DNA of 64,000 nucleotides, taken from contig CAVXXF010000002.1 in NCBI GenBank assembly GCA_963765635.1, positions 914,411 through 978,410 of the forward strand, read 5' to 3'. The notes under the pieces are model-generated. The model was not told where the DNA came from and did no database searches. It worked only from the letters and a program-made list of their open reading frames with translations. The stretch's first letter is position 1. Every line of letters starts with the position of its first letter. The stretch comes from an uncultured Thermoleophilia bacterium. GTDB taxonomy: Bacteria > Actinomycetota > Thermoleophilia > UBA2241. Made by a program: the position numbers and the translations under genes. Below are positions 29,330 to 39,891 of this stretch, in pieces.

Positions 29330-30805
29330 TTGATCCGAAGTCAACGGTCAGGCATCAATCACCAGGGCGGCATCGGCATCGATGTCTTCTCCGCAGACGA
29401 GCGGCAGGCCATCCACTGGGGCACCGTCGAGGTGCTCGAGAGGGCCGGCATCTGGGTGGAGGATGACGAGGCCCTCGACCTGTTCGCCGACGGCGGCTGC
29501 AAGGTCGACCGCTCCACGCGCAAGGTCAGGATCCCGCAGCACGTGCTCGAGGAGTGCATCGGCTGGGCGCCCTCCACGGTCACGCTCTGCGGCCGCACGC
29601 CCGACAAGGACCTCATCATGGAGGGCCGGCGCGTCGCCTTCACCAACTTCGCCGAGGGCGTCAAGGCCGTGGATCCCTGGGACGGCAAGCTGCGCCCCAC
29701 CACGAAGAAGGACGTCGGCGATCTCGCCCGCCTCGTCGACGCGCTCGACGACATCGAGGTTTACACGATCGCCGTGACGGCTACCGACGTGCCGCCCGAG
29801 GTCGCCGAGGCACATCTCATCGAGCAGTCGCTGCTCAACACCACGAAGCCGATCTGCAGCCTGGCCCTCGGCCACCACGGCGCTCGCCTGCACATCGACG
29901 CCACGGCCGCCGTGGCCGGCGGCCACGACAAGCTGGCCGAGCGCCCCATGCTCCTCTTCCTCTCCTGCCCGGTCAGCCCGCTCAAGCTCATGGGCGAGTT
30001 CACCGGCTGCATCATCGAGGCGGCCCGCGCCCATCAGGTCGCGATGCCCCTCTCCATGGCCATGTCCGGCGGCTCCGCCCCGGTCACCCTGGCCGGCACC
30101 ATGGTCACGCATAACGCCGAGGTGCTGAGCGGCATCGTCCTCGCCCAGCTCGCCGAGAAGGGCGCCAAGTGCGTCTACGGCACCTCCACCACCGCCTTCG
30201 ACCTGCAGCGCGCTGCTGCGACCGTGGGCACCCCCGAGCTCGGCATGATCAGCGCGGCCGTCGCGGAGATGGGCCGCTACTACGGCCTGCCGACCTACGG
30301 CGCCGGGTTGTAGAGCGATTCCAAGCTCGGCGGCGACGCGCAGTGCGCCCACGAGAAGACCATCACCGGCCTCCTGCCAGCGTTGGGAGGGCTCAACCTG
30401 ATCTACGGAGCCGGGATGATCGAGTCGGGCGTCACCATCGACTACGCAACGCTCGTCATGGACAACGATATCGCGCGCATCTGTAAGTTCATCCTTCGTG
30501 GCATCCCCACGAACGACGCGACGCTGATGGTGGATGAGATCGTCGAAGTGGGGTCCGAGGAGGACTTCCTTTCGAGGATGAGCACCCTGAAGCTGATGCG
30601 TGAACACCAGTCCAAGGCCGGGAACATCGACCGCCGCGTGCGCGAAGAGTGGGAGATGGACGGCAGCACCGATATGTACACCCGCTGCGGCGAGGTGGCC
30701 AAGGAGCTCGTCGCCGGCCACAAGGTCGCGGAGCTCCCGAGCGAGATCGTCGATCAGATCCACGCCATCGTCGTTAAGGCCGAGAAGGATGCCGGAGTCG
30801 CCTGA
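29330..30805 (+). CDS. mttB: trimethylamine:corrinoid methyltransferase with in-frame UAG (predicted pyrrolysine) at 30311-30313
   Basis: The ORFs 29330-30313 and 30383-30805 share a frame across TAG. LPTYGAGL*SDSKLGGDAQCAHEKT aligns to the MttB pyrrolysine site ([24 protein letters not shown]). Possible TTG start after AAAGGAGGA. Confidence 0.8.
30311..30313 (+). other. in-frame amber codon in mttB, predicted pyrrolysine
   Basis: TAG at the conserved position with frame continuity. Confidence 0.75.
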
Positions 30806-30853
30806 GCCCTGGGCTTCCGGAAGCGAACCACGAAGCAAAGGACACAGGATCCT

Positions 30854-31483
30854 ATGGCAGATTTTGAGACTCTCAAGAAGATGATCATCGACGGTGCCGA
30901 CGGCGCCACCGCCGAGACGCAGAAGCTGATCGACGGCGGTGCCTCGGCCCGTGACATCCTCGACCAGGCCCTGTTGCCCGGTATGGACGTTGTCGGCGCC
31001 GAGATGAAGAGCGGCGACAAGTTCATCCCCGAGGTGCTGCTCAGCGCTCGCACCATGCAGGCCTGCCTCGACCTCATCAAGCCGCACCTCGCGGCCGGTG
31101 AGACGATGAGCCTCGGCACGGTCGTGATCGGCACCGTCGAGGGCGACATGCACGATATCGGCAAGAACCTCGCCGCCATGCTGCTCTCGGGCGCCGGCTT
31201 CGAGGTCGTCAATCTGGGCAAGGGCGTCACGCCGGCCGACTTCGTGACCGCGGTCAAGGAGAACAAGGCGACGATCCTCGGCATGAGCGGCTTGCTCACG
31301 ACGACGATCCCGAAGATGCCCGAGACCATAGCCGCGCTCAAGGCCGCCGGTCTGCGCGACAGCGTCAAGGTCATCGTCGGCGGCGCGCCCGTGAGCGTCG
31401 AGTGGGCCGACGAGATCGGCGCCGACGCCTATGCGGCCAACGCCTCGCTGGGCGTCGAGAAGTGCAAGGAGCTGGTCTCCTAG
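30854..31483 (+). CDS. mttC: trimethylamine corrinoid protein (B12-binding)
   Basis: GDMHDIGK motif. TAG stop with an in-frame TGA four codons later. Confidence 0.8.
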   Translation: MADFETLKKMIIDGADGATAETQKLIDGGASARDILDQALLPGMDVVGAEMKSGDKFIPEVLLSARTMQACLDLIKPHLAAGETMSLGTVVIGTVEGDMHDIGKNLAAMLLSGAGFEVVNLGKGVTPADFVTAVKENKATILGMSGLLTTTIPKMPETIAALKAAGLRDSVKVIVGGAPVSVEWADEIGADAYAANASLGVEKCKELVS

Positions 31484-31680
31484 CTACTGTCGGCCTGAGA
31501 TGCTCTGCCCGGAGGGGCGGGGAGCGGTTCGCCGCTCGCCGCCCCTCTTCGCGCCTTCTGACGGCACCGCGGGGGAGGGCAGACGGGCCTGCTCACTGAA
31601 TAGGCTCCGCGGGGCGCATGAAATGCAGCGAATGCCGCCGGTCGCACTGTAGAGTCGGGGAGGAGGTCCGTGTGCCTGTT

Positions 31681-31708
31681 GACGACCGGGCAGGCCGCGG
31701 TAAAGTAC
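31681..31708 (+). promoter_or_regulatory. candidate promoter TTGACG, N16, TAAAGT upstream of the second APC permease
   Basis: Hexamers read directly. Coordinates plus or minus 1. Confidence 0.35.
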
Positions 31709-31887
31709 GGTGTAGAAGCGGCTTGTCGCGTTCGCGGACGCGGCAGTGAGGGGGGAGCCAGAGGATCACTCATGTGGGGCTGTTCGCGCCGAGCCCAAGT
31801 CGCCGGAAGTCCGGGGCCCCGGCATGCGCGGGCGCTGACGTCAGAACGCACCTTGTACCCTTAATAATCGCAGAAGGGGGCAACGGT

Positions 31888-33540
31888 ATGGAGGATCAAG
31901 ACCGCTCTCAGTCAGACATGATTCGGTCTGACGTTTCGGATAAGTACCTCGCCGACTACGGCGACGAGTACAAGCAATCACGCTTCCAAACCAACATGCG
32001 CCGAGACCTCAGCTGGGTCGGCGCCTTCTTCGTGGCCGCCGGCGTGCCGGCGCTGATCCTGTTCTCGATGGGTGGCATCTCCGCCGGCACCGGGCCGGTC
32101 GCCGTACTTGTATGGACGCTTTCAGTGCTGGTCGGCTTCGTCGACGCCTTCATCTACGCCGAGATCGCCGGGCTCCACCCGAAGAAGTCGGGTGGCACCG
32201 CGGTGCACGGCGCGACTGCCTGGATCCGCTACATCAGGCCCGCGGCGCCGATCTCGCTGTGGTGCAACTGGCTGGCATGGACACCGGTGCTGGCGCTCGG
32301 CTCCGGTCTCTGCGCGGGGTATCTGCTCTCTGTCTTCTTCGCCCCCGACGCCACCATCAACACGTGGTCGGTCACGATCGCCAATCTCGATTTCTTGAAG
32401 GATGGGCTGACGCTGCGCATCAACGCGGTATTCATCATCGGCGCCGTCATCATGCTCGCCGTGTGGAATATCCAGCACTACGGCATCCTGCGCACCGCGC
32501 GCGTCCAGATGATCCTCACGATCGGGGCGATGACGCCCTTGATCCTGCTGACGGTCATCCCGCTGATCACCGGCGACGTGGTGGCGAGCAACTTCTCGCC
32601 GTTCGTGCCGGTCAACGGCTCGTGGAACCTCGACGGCTGGACGGCGTTCCTGGGAGGCTTCTTCATCGCCGCTTGGTCCGCCTACGCCTTCGAGACGGCC
32701 ATCTGCTACATGAGCGAGTTCAAGAACCCCGGGCGCGACCAGGCCAAGGCCATTCTCTGGTCCGGCGTGTTCTGCATCTTGTGCTACACCGTGATCCCGT
32801 TCGTTTGGCAGGGCGTCCTCGGCACCGACTACATGCTCAAGCCCGAGATCTACTCGGGGGCCGGCGTTCCTCAGGGTTTCGCGGACATGTTCAACGCCGG
32901 CGCAACCTTCACCAAGTTCTGCGCGGTCGCCATGTTCTTCACGGTGATGCTGTCCGTGATGACGGCCATGTCGGGCTCGTCACGGACCCTCTTCCAGGGC
33001 GGTCAGGACGGCTGGCTGCCCAAGTACCTGGCGCACCTCAACAACCACAAGGTGCCGACCTACGCGATGTGGACCGACCTCATCTTCAACCTGTTCCTGC
33101 TGCTGATGTCGGACTACGTCTTCGTGCTCGCCGTCTCCAACTGCAACTACATGATCTTCAACTTCCTCAACCTGAACGCGGGCTGGATTCACCGCAGGGA
33201 CAACCCGCGCGTGCCGCGGCCCTTCAAGGCGCCGCTGCCGCTCTTCGTGCTTGGCACCTGCTTCGCCTACATGAACGTGTTCCTTCTGGGAGCCGGCGCG
33301 AACTACTGGGGCCAGGGCACGCTGCTCATGGGCTGGATCTCGGCCCTGATCGCCCTCCCGGTCTTCTACTACCGACACTACGTCACCGACAAGGGCAAGT
33401 TCCCGTCGCACATGTTCGACGACCTCATCCCCGAGGGCGAGACCGAACTGGGGCCCAAAAGGTGCGGCGTCCTGCCGTACGTCGCCGTCGCCGGCGGCCT
33501 GGCGTGCATGACCCTCGGCTACGTCATCTTCTGGGTCTGA
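31888..33540 (+). CDS. APC-superfamily permease (second copy), candidate methylamine transporter
   Basis: 12-TM APC architecture. ATG MEDQDRSQ... after a G-rich RBS; the longer upstream extension was rejected. Confidence 0.7.
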   Translation: MEDQDRSQSDMIRSDVSDKYLADYGDEYKQSRFQTNMRRDLSWVGAFFVAAGVPALILFSMGGISAGTGPVAVLVWTLSVLVGFVDAFIYAEIAGLHPKKSGGTAVHGATAWIRYIRPAAPISLWCNWLAWTPVLALGSGLCAGYLLSVFFAPDATINTWSVTIANLDFLKDGLTLRINAVFIIGAVIMLAVWNIQHYGILRTARVQMILTIGAMTPLILLTVIPLITGDVVASNFSPFVPVNGSWNLDGWTAFLGGFFIAAWSAYAFETAICYMSEFKNPGRDQAKAILWSGVFCILCYTVIPFVWQGVLGTDYMLKPEIYSGAGVPQGFADMFNAGATFTKFCAVAMFFTVMLSVMTAMSGSSRTLFQGGQDGWLPKYLAHLNNHKVPTYAMWTDLIFNLFLLLMSDYVFVLAVSNCNYMIFNFLNLNAGWIHRRDNPRVPRPFKAPLPLFVLGTCFAYMNVFLLGAGANYWGQGTLLMGWISALIALPVFYYRHYVTDKGKFPSHMFDDLIPEGETELGPKRCGVLPYVAVAGGLACMTLGYVIFWV

Positions 33541-33707
33541 AAGGGGTGACATCGATCGAGCGCGCTGCTGCATCACTCTGAAGCTGGCCAAAGCGCAGCA
33601 GCAACGAGGGTCCCGGCGGAGGCACGTGGCTCCTCCGGGACCCTCAGCTTCAGGGACAGGGGCGGACGCGGTCAGGGTGCGCAGCGCGCGATCGCCGCGG
33701 CGGCCAC

Positions 33708-34148
33708 TCAGACCACAAGGACCGGGATACCTCCCGCCTCGTGCAGGACGCGGTTCGTGGTGGAGCCCAGGCGGGACTTCTCGCCTTGAAGCGCGCCGGC
33801 GCCCTTCGTGCCCATCACGATCAGGCGCGCGTTCGTTTCGCGTGCGATGTTGACGATGGTCAGGTCGGGCCGATCGGGGGTGCAGGCTGTGGCTACCTTG
33901 ACGCCGGCCGCCCTGACCCGAGCCGCTGCGAGGTCGAGCTCCTCCTCGATCTTCTTGGTGAGCTTGTCCCACATCTCCTCGACCCCAAACTCGGCTCCTC
34001 GGAAACCGACCGCCGGCGCCGGTCGATTCTGGGCACAGGTGATGATGATCTCGCTGTCGGGCATCATTCTGGCAAACTCGACGGCGACGTCGAGGGCCTT
34101 CGCGGCGTGATCTGAACCGTCGTACCCTACGATGATGGTATCGGCCAT
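33708..34148 (-). CDS. universal stress protein UspA
   Basis: MADTIIVGYDGSDHAAKALD ... PVLVV. Confidence 0.7.
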   Translation of the reverse strand: MADTIIVGYDGSDHAAKALDVAVEFARMMPDSEIIITCAQNRPAPAVGFRGAEFGVEEMWDKLTKKIEEELDLAAARVRAAGVKVATACTPDRPDLTIVNIARETNARLIVMGTKGAGALQGEKSRLGSTTNRVLHEAGGIPVLVV

Positions 34149-34271
34149 GGCGCTTACCCCCACTCACTTCGGTTGTTCATACGTGTACCCCGTGCACAGC
34201 TGCGACAATCCACAGGGCTCGATCAGCGAGTTGCGCCGACCAGACCCGGTCGTCCTGCGCGTCGCCCTCGT

Positions 34272-34805
34272 TCAGCTCACATCCTCCTCGTCTGGCTCGT
34301 CGCCCTCGTCGTCCAGCAACCCGCGCGCCTCGAGCTTCTCGAGTGCCTCGCGCGCCAGCTTGCGGACGTCGCGGCGAGCGTCCGCAGCCAGCTCGCGCAA
34401 CCCATCCACGGCCGGGCTTCCGATCTTGTCGAGAATATCGAACACAAGGACGTGGTAGAGGTACCTCGCGTTCTCCTCGGGGTTGCCGTACGCGTCGTAC
34501 TCGCGAATCGAGGACACCAGAGGCGTGACCGCGCGGGTGCCCAGTCTCGTGAGAGCCCGTCCGGCCTCGTTGAGGAGCCGGATGCTTCGCGTCGGAAGTC
34601 GCTTCTTGCGGCCGACGCTGTGAGACTCGGCCCACATCGCCGTCTCGTAGAGGTACTCCACCACGGCAGACACGTCCTTGCGCAGCACCGACATGGCCGC
34701 GCGGCTCTCCGCAGGAGCCTTGTCGTGCAAGGCCCAGTAGACGAGTCGCGGCATGTCACCATCGCGCCGCATCTTCTCGAAGTCGGGCGGGCTGAAGATC
34801 CCCAT
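34272..34805 (-). CDS. HEAT-repeat protein (second copy)
   Basis: Helical repeats, acidic C-terminus. ATG at 34805 after AGAGG. Confidence 0.45.
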   Translation of the reverse strand: MGIFSPPDFEKMRRDGDMPRLVYWALHDKAPAESRAAMSVLRKDVSAVVEYLYETAMWAESHSVGRKKRLPTRSIRLLNEAGRALTRLGTRAVTPLVSSIREYDAYGNPEENARYLYHVLVFDILDKIGSPAVDGLRELAADARRDVRKLAREALEKLEARGLLDDEGDEPDEEDVS

Positions 34806-35019
34806 GCATCGGCCTCTGTCCGCGGGAGGTTCTGTGCCGCAGTCTAGCGGTCGGGCCGCACGTGCGCCAGCACGATTCATTCCCCACATGCCAGGCCGCC
34901 GCTATACTAGACGAGCAGCCCGCGTGGGCGCACAGACGCCGCCGGGGGCGACTGCGGCACCCGTCTCATCGCTGACAGTCGGGCCCGGTCGATTCGCCAA
35001 CTGGAAAGCGAGGTCAACG

Positions 35020-35806
35020 ATGTCAGCAGATCTCAAAGAGCAGCTGCGCTCCGCGGCGGCCGATCACGGGTTCGAGTTCTTCGGCGTCGTCGACGCCGGC
35101 AAGCTCGCGGAAGTCCCCTTCCCGCCGAACCGCTGCCTCGACGTCCCCAGCGGCTTTCTGCCCGAGGCGAAGAGCGTCATCGTGATGGGCATGCACATCT
35201 GGGACGTCATGCAGAACGCGGTGGTCACCTCGGTGCTCCCGGACGGCGCCATCCCCTTCGACGACGTCCCCGGATCCCAGTACTACAACATGTACTACGA
35301 GATCACCGAGGCTCGCGCGCATCGCTTCGCCGAGGCCGTGCGCGACGCCGGCTACAAAACCGCGGTCACGCATTTCGTCCACGCCAAGGCGGCCGCCACG
35401 CTCGCCGGTCTCGGCTGGATCGGCAAGCAGACGCTGTGCATCACGCCGCAACTGGGTCCACACGTGCGCTGGGCGTGTGTGGTCACCGATGCCGTGTTGC
35501 CCTACGACGAGCCCTTCACCGAGGACCTCTGCGGCGAGTGCGAGCTCTGCATCAAGGCGTGTCCGACGCAGGCCATCATTCCCGGGCCCCTCCCAGGGAG
35601 TGGAGCCCGGCAAGAAGGTCGACTTCTGGAAGTGCATCGTCCCGCAGGAGATGCTGGCCGAGCCCAACAAGGCGTGGCAGAAGGTGGCTGGCCACTACTC
35701 GCCGCGCGGCAGCCACGAGTGCCTCATCTGCCTGGATGCCTGCCCCATCGGCAGGGAAGAGCACGAGCGCCGCGTCAAGGCCTATGGCTTGAGGCCGAGC
35801 GGCTGA
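35020..35806 (+). pseudogene. QueG-like (DUF1730 + 2x[4Fe-4S]) Fe-S protein, +1 frameshift near 35585-35600 (pseudogene or indel error)
   Basis: The first ferredoxin motif CGECELCIKACPTQAI lies in frame 1. The second, CLICLDACPIGRE, continues in frame 2 (track ORF 35477-35806). There is a C/G homopolymer run at the junction. Confidence 0.5.
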
Positions 35807-35873
35807 CGGCGCCACGGCGGTCGCCGACCGGCGACGAACAGCCCGGCGGCACTCCTCAGAGGCTCCGGCGAAT

Positions 35874-35903
35874 TGACTTTCTGAGCGCCAATCACCTACT
35901 ATC
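35874..35903 (+). promoter_or_regulatory. candidate sigma70-like promoter TTGACT, N18, TACTAT in the rny leader region
   Basis: Hexamers read directly, about 270 bp upstream of the rny ATG. Confidence 0.4.
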
Positions 35904-36114
35904 CTCTTGCGCGACGTGTGTGCGTGCCTAGTGTATTTCACTCTCGCTCTTGTATAGCGATACGCAAGGCGCTTCGGCGCCCATTGGCTGAAACCATCGA
36001 ACCAGGGGTCCACTGTGAGAGTTTTGGGAGGTTTTACGACCTGATCGTTGTCCCGACCCCTGGGCGCTGACACAGCTGCAGATCGGTATCTCTGGCACGG
36101 GCGAGTGTGGCACT

Positions 36115-36140
36115 GGCCGGGCGCGTTGCCCGGCCTTTTT
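36115..36140 (+). terminator. intrinsic-terminator-like hairpin GGCCGGGCgcgttGCCCGGCC followed by TTTTT, 35 nt upstream of the rny start codon
   Basis: Read directly. This is the only clean T-run terminator seen in the window. Confidence 0.5.
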
Positions 36141-36174
36141 CGTGCCGCGTGACCTGTGAAGGGATAGGACTGAG

Positions 36175-37707
36175 ATGATGAGTGCCGTGTACATCGTGGT
36201 GGGCCTGGCAGTGGGCGTGGTCGTGGGATACCTGATCCGCCGCAACCTCGCCTCGGGAAAGCTGGCCGGAGCGGAGCGCGAAGCCGAGAAGGTGCTGCGC
36301 GACGCCAAGCGTGAGGCCGAGACCGTCGTGAAGGAAGCTCGGCTCGAGGCCAAAGAGGAAGTGCACAAGGTGCGCAGCGAGGTCGAGACCGAGCTGCGCG
36401 GCCGGCGCGAAGAGGTCGGCAAGGCCGAGCAGCGCCTGCTGCAGCGCGACGAGCAGCTCGACTCGCGCGCCGCCGAGCAGGACCGGCGCGAGCAGTCGCT
36501 GCGCGACCGCGACGCCAACTCGCAGCGCGTCGCCGACGACCTGCAGAACGCGCACGACGAAGCCATGATCCAGCTCGAGCGTATCTCCGGGCTCAGCGCC
36601 GCGCAGGCCAAGGACATGCTGCTCAAGCAGACCGAGGACGAGGCCCGCCACGACATGGCCAAGCTCGTGCGTCAGGTCGAAGAAGAGGCACGCCGCGAGG
36701 CCGACCGCCGCGCGCGCAACATCCTCTCGCTGACGATCCAGCGTACGGCCGCCAACCACGTTGCCGAGACCACCGTGTCGGTGGTCCACCTGCCCTCCGA
36801 CGACATGAAGGGCCGCATCATCGGCCGTGAGGGACGCAACATCCGTACCCTCGAGAACACCACGGGCATCGACTTCATCATCGACGACACGCCCGAGGCC
36901 GTGGTCCTCTCGGGCTTCGACGGCGTGCGCCGCGAGACCGCGCGCCTCACGCTCACCAAGCTCATCACCGACGGGCGCATCCACCCGGCGCGCATCGAAG
37001 AGACGTACCTTCAAGCCAAGGCCGAGGTCGAGGCCACCATGGAAGAGGCGGGCGAACAGGCCTGCTTCGACACCAATGTGCACGGCGTGGCGCCCGAACT
37101 CGTCAGAGTCCTCGGGCGCCTCAAGTACCGCACGAGCTACGGGCAGAACGTGCTCAACCACTCCATCGAGGTCGCACATCTCGCCGGCATCATGGCCGCT
37201 GAGCTGGGCGCGAACGTCAAGATCGCCAAGCGCGCCGGGCTGCTGCACGACATCGGCAAGGCCGTGGACCACGAGGTCGACGGCTCGCACGCCGACATCT
37301 CTCAGGCGCTCTGCAAGAAGTACCGCGAGTCGGAGAGCGTCTGCCACGCCATCCAGGCGCACCATCAGGACATCGAGCCGCAGACCGTCGAGGCCGTGCT
37401 CGTACAGGCCGCCGACGCCATCTCCGCGGCGCGCCCTGGCGCACGCCGCGAGTCGCTGGAGAACTACGTCAAGCGGCTCGAGTCGCTGGAGCGCATCGCC
37501 GAGAGCAAGAAGGGCGTGGAGAAGTGCTTCGCCATGCAGGCGGGCCGCGAGGTGCGCGTGATGGTCAAGCCCGCCGAGATCGACGACGACGCCACGGCGC
37601 TGCTGGCCCGCGAGATCGCCCGCGACATCGAGGACCAGCTCGATTACCCGGGGCAGATCAGGGTCACCGTGATCCGCGAGAGCCGCGCCGTCGACATCGC
37701 CAAGTAG
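36175..37707 (+). CDS. rny: ribonuclease Y (N-terminal TM, coiled coil, KH, HD domains)
   Basis: Classic RNase Y architecture and sequence ([15 protein letters not shown] motif, HD domain LLHDIGK). Confidence 0.85.
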   Translation: MMSAVYIVVGLAVGVVVGYLIRRNLASGKLAGAEREAEKVLRDAKREAETVVKEARLEAKEEVHKVRSEVETELRGRREEVGKAEQRLLQRDEQLDSRAAEQDRREQSLRDRDANSQRVADDLQNAHDEAMIQLERISGLSAAQAKDMLLKQTEDEARHDMAKLVRQVEEEARREADRRARNILSLTIQRTAANHVAETTVSVVHLPSDDMKGRIIGREGRNIRTLENTTGIDFIIDDTPEAVVLSGFDGVRRETARLTLTKLITDGRIHPARIEETYLQAKAEVEATMEEAGEQACFDTNVHGVAPELVRVLGRLKYRTSYGQNVLNHSIEVAHLAGIMAAELGANVKIAKRAGLLHDIGKAVDHEVDGSHADISQALCKKYRESESVCHAIQAHHQDIEPQTVEAVLVQAADAISAARPGARRESLENYVKRLESLERIAESKKGVEKCFAMQAGREVRVMVKPAEIDDDATALLAREIARDIEDQLDYPGQIRVTVIRESRAVDIAK

Positions 37708-37738
37708 GCGGGGGCGGCGCGGAGGCGCCATCAAGGCC

Positions 37739-39065
37739 ATGCGCACTTACTACCTGCGCTCGTTCGGCTGCCAGATGAACGCCCACGACGCCGAGCGCAT
37801 CCGCGCGCTGCTCGAGGCCGAAGGCCTGGAGCGCGCGGATGCTCCCGACGGCGCCGACGTGCTCGTCTACAACACCTGCACCGTGCGCCAGAGCGCCGAC
37901 GAGCGCCTGGCCGGGCATCTGGGCACCGCCGCCCGGCTCAAGCGCGAGGACGCCGGCCGCATCGTCCTCGTCACCGGCTGCCTGCCGCAGGCCGAGCAGG
38001 ACGACTTCTTCCGGCGTTTCCCCTTCGTCGACGGCGCCCTGGGGCCGCAGAACCTGCACCGCCTGCCCGAGCTGCTCGCGGCGGCCGTGGCGCCGGCGCG
38101 GCCGGCCGGCCGGCCGCCGGGCTTCTTCGCCGACGGCGCGGCCATGAGCGGCGACCTGGCGGCGCGCCGCGAGCGCCCGTTTCAGGCCTGGGTGCAGATC
38201 ATGTCCGGCTGCACCAACTTCTGCTCGTACTGCATCGTGCCCCAGGTGCGTGGCCCCGAGCGCAGTCGCGACGTCCACGCCGTGGTGGCCGAGGTCCGTG
38301 CGCTCGTCGCCGACGGCGTGCGCGAGGTCACCCTGCTCGGCCAGAACGTCAACGCCTACGGCCTCGATCTGCAGCTGGGACGGGCGCGACGGAGCGCCGG
38401 ACTTCCCGGCGCTGCTGCGCGCCCTCGACGCCATCCCGGGCCTCGCCCGCGTGCGCTTCATGACCTCGCACCCCAAGGATCTCTCGGACGACCTCATCCG
38501 GACGATCGCCGAGCTGCCCAGCGTGTGCGAGCACGTGCATCTCCCGGCGCAGGCCGGCTCGGACCGTGTGCTGGCGGCGATGGGCCGCGGCTACACCGCG
38601 GCCGCTTACCTCGCGCGCGTGCAAGCCTTGCGCGCGGCCGTGCCCGACGTGAGCGTCACCACGGACCTCATCGCCGGTTTCCCCGGCGAGAGCGACGACG
38701 ACTTCGCACAGACGCTCGAGCTGGTGCGCGCGGCGCGGTTCGACGCGGCCTTCACGTTCGTGTTCTCGCCGCGGCGCGGCACGGCCGCCGCCGAGCTCCC
38801 GCGTCAGATCGCCGCGACGGTCAAGCGCGAGCGCGTCGAGCGTCTCATCAGCCTGACGCAGGAGCTGGCGCTTGACTCGCGGCGGCGCTGGGTGGGCCGG
38901 CGCGCCGAGGTCCTGCTCGAGGGTCCCAGCCGCGACGGCAAGGGTCTGCGGGGCCGCACGCGCCAGAACGTGACGGCGAACGTCTCCGGGTCGCTGGAAC
39001 CCGGTGCTATAGTGGAGATCGAGGTCACCGGCGCGACCTCGACGACCCTTCGCGGAAGGGCCTGA
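37739..39065 (+). pseudogene. miaB: tRNA-2-methylthio-N6-dimethylallyladenosine synthase MiaB with a single-base frameshift near 38378-38390 (possibly an indel error)
   Basis: The N-terminal 2/3 (MTTase N, CxxxCxxC) is in frame 1 (37739-38875 track ORF). The conserved C-terminal part (RVRFMTSHP, TRAM) continues in frame 2 (38250-39065). Confidence 0.7.
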
Positions 39066-39089
39066 CGAGCGCACTCAGGAGGTGCCGTC

Positions 39090-39891
39090 ATGCAGGGCTG
39101 CATTTGTCCCCATCCTCCACTGCTCATCCCTGAGGTGGGCGGCGCCTCGCTGCGCCGGGTGAACGCCACCGTCACGGCCATGCAGCGTCTGGCCGCCGAG
39201 GTGGGGGAGCCCGAGACCGTGGTCGTCATGTCCCCCCACAGCGACGGCTACGGGGACGCGCACGTGGTGCGCACGACGCCGCGCCTGCGCGGTGATCTGC
39301 GGCCGCTTCCGCTGCCCTGAGGTCACCTTCACCTACGAAAACGACGTGCCCTTCGCTGAGCTGCTGCTGGCTCTGGCCGGCGACTATCGCCGCCTGGAGC
39401 TCGTGCCCGAGGACGGCGATGAGCTCGATTGGGGCGTGCTCGTGCCCCTGAGCTTCCTCAAGGCGCGGCAGATCGTCTCGCTATCCATCGTCAGCTCCTA
39501 CGCCGAACATCGCACGCTGGGGCAGCTCGTGCGCCGCTGCGCCGAAGAACTGGGCCGCGACACGCTGTTTCTCGCGTCTGGCGACCTCTCTCACGCGCTC
39601 ACGCACAACGCGCCGTCGCCCTACGACCCGCGCGGCAAGCTCTTCGACGACGAGGTCGTGCACATGCTGGGCTCCGGCGACTTCGCCGGGCTGGGGCGTA
39701 TGGACCCCATCCTGCTCGAAGGCGCCGCCGAGTGCGGGCTGCGCAGCATCATGGCGCTCGGCGGCTTCCTCGGCGATGACGCTACCGTCGAGCCCGAGAT
39801 CCTGAGCTACGAGGGGCCTTTCGGTGTGGGGTACATGGTGGCGCGCTTCGGAGCAGCGGGGGTGGAGCGCCAGGGAGTGGGGCATGAGTGA
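39090..39891 (+). pseudogene. Memo1/class III extradiol dioxygenase-like protein (AmmeMemoRadiSam system protein B-like) with a frameshift near 39292-39320
   Basis: The N-terminal CPHPPLLIPEVGG is in one frame; the remainder (39292-39891) is in the +1 frame. Confidence 0.55.

Noticed and set aside
35585-39320. Programmed ribosomal frameshifting in miaB or the QueG-like gene
   Set aside because: No slippery heptamer or stimulatory structure is present, and these families are not known to frameshift. Indel error or pseudogenisation is the more parsimonious explanation.
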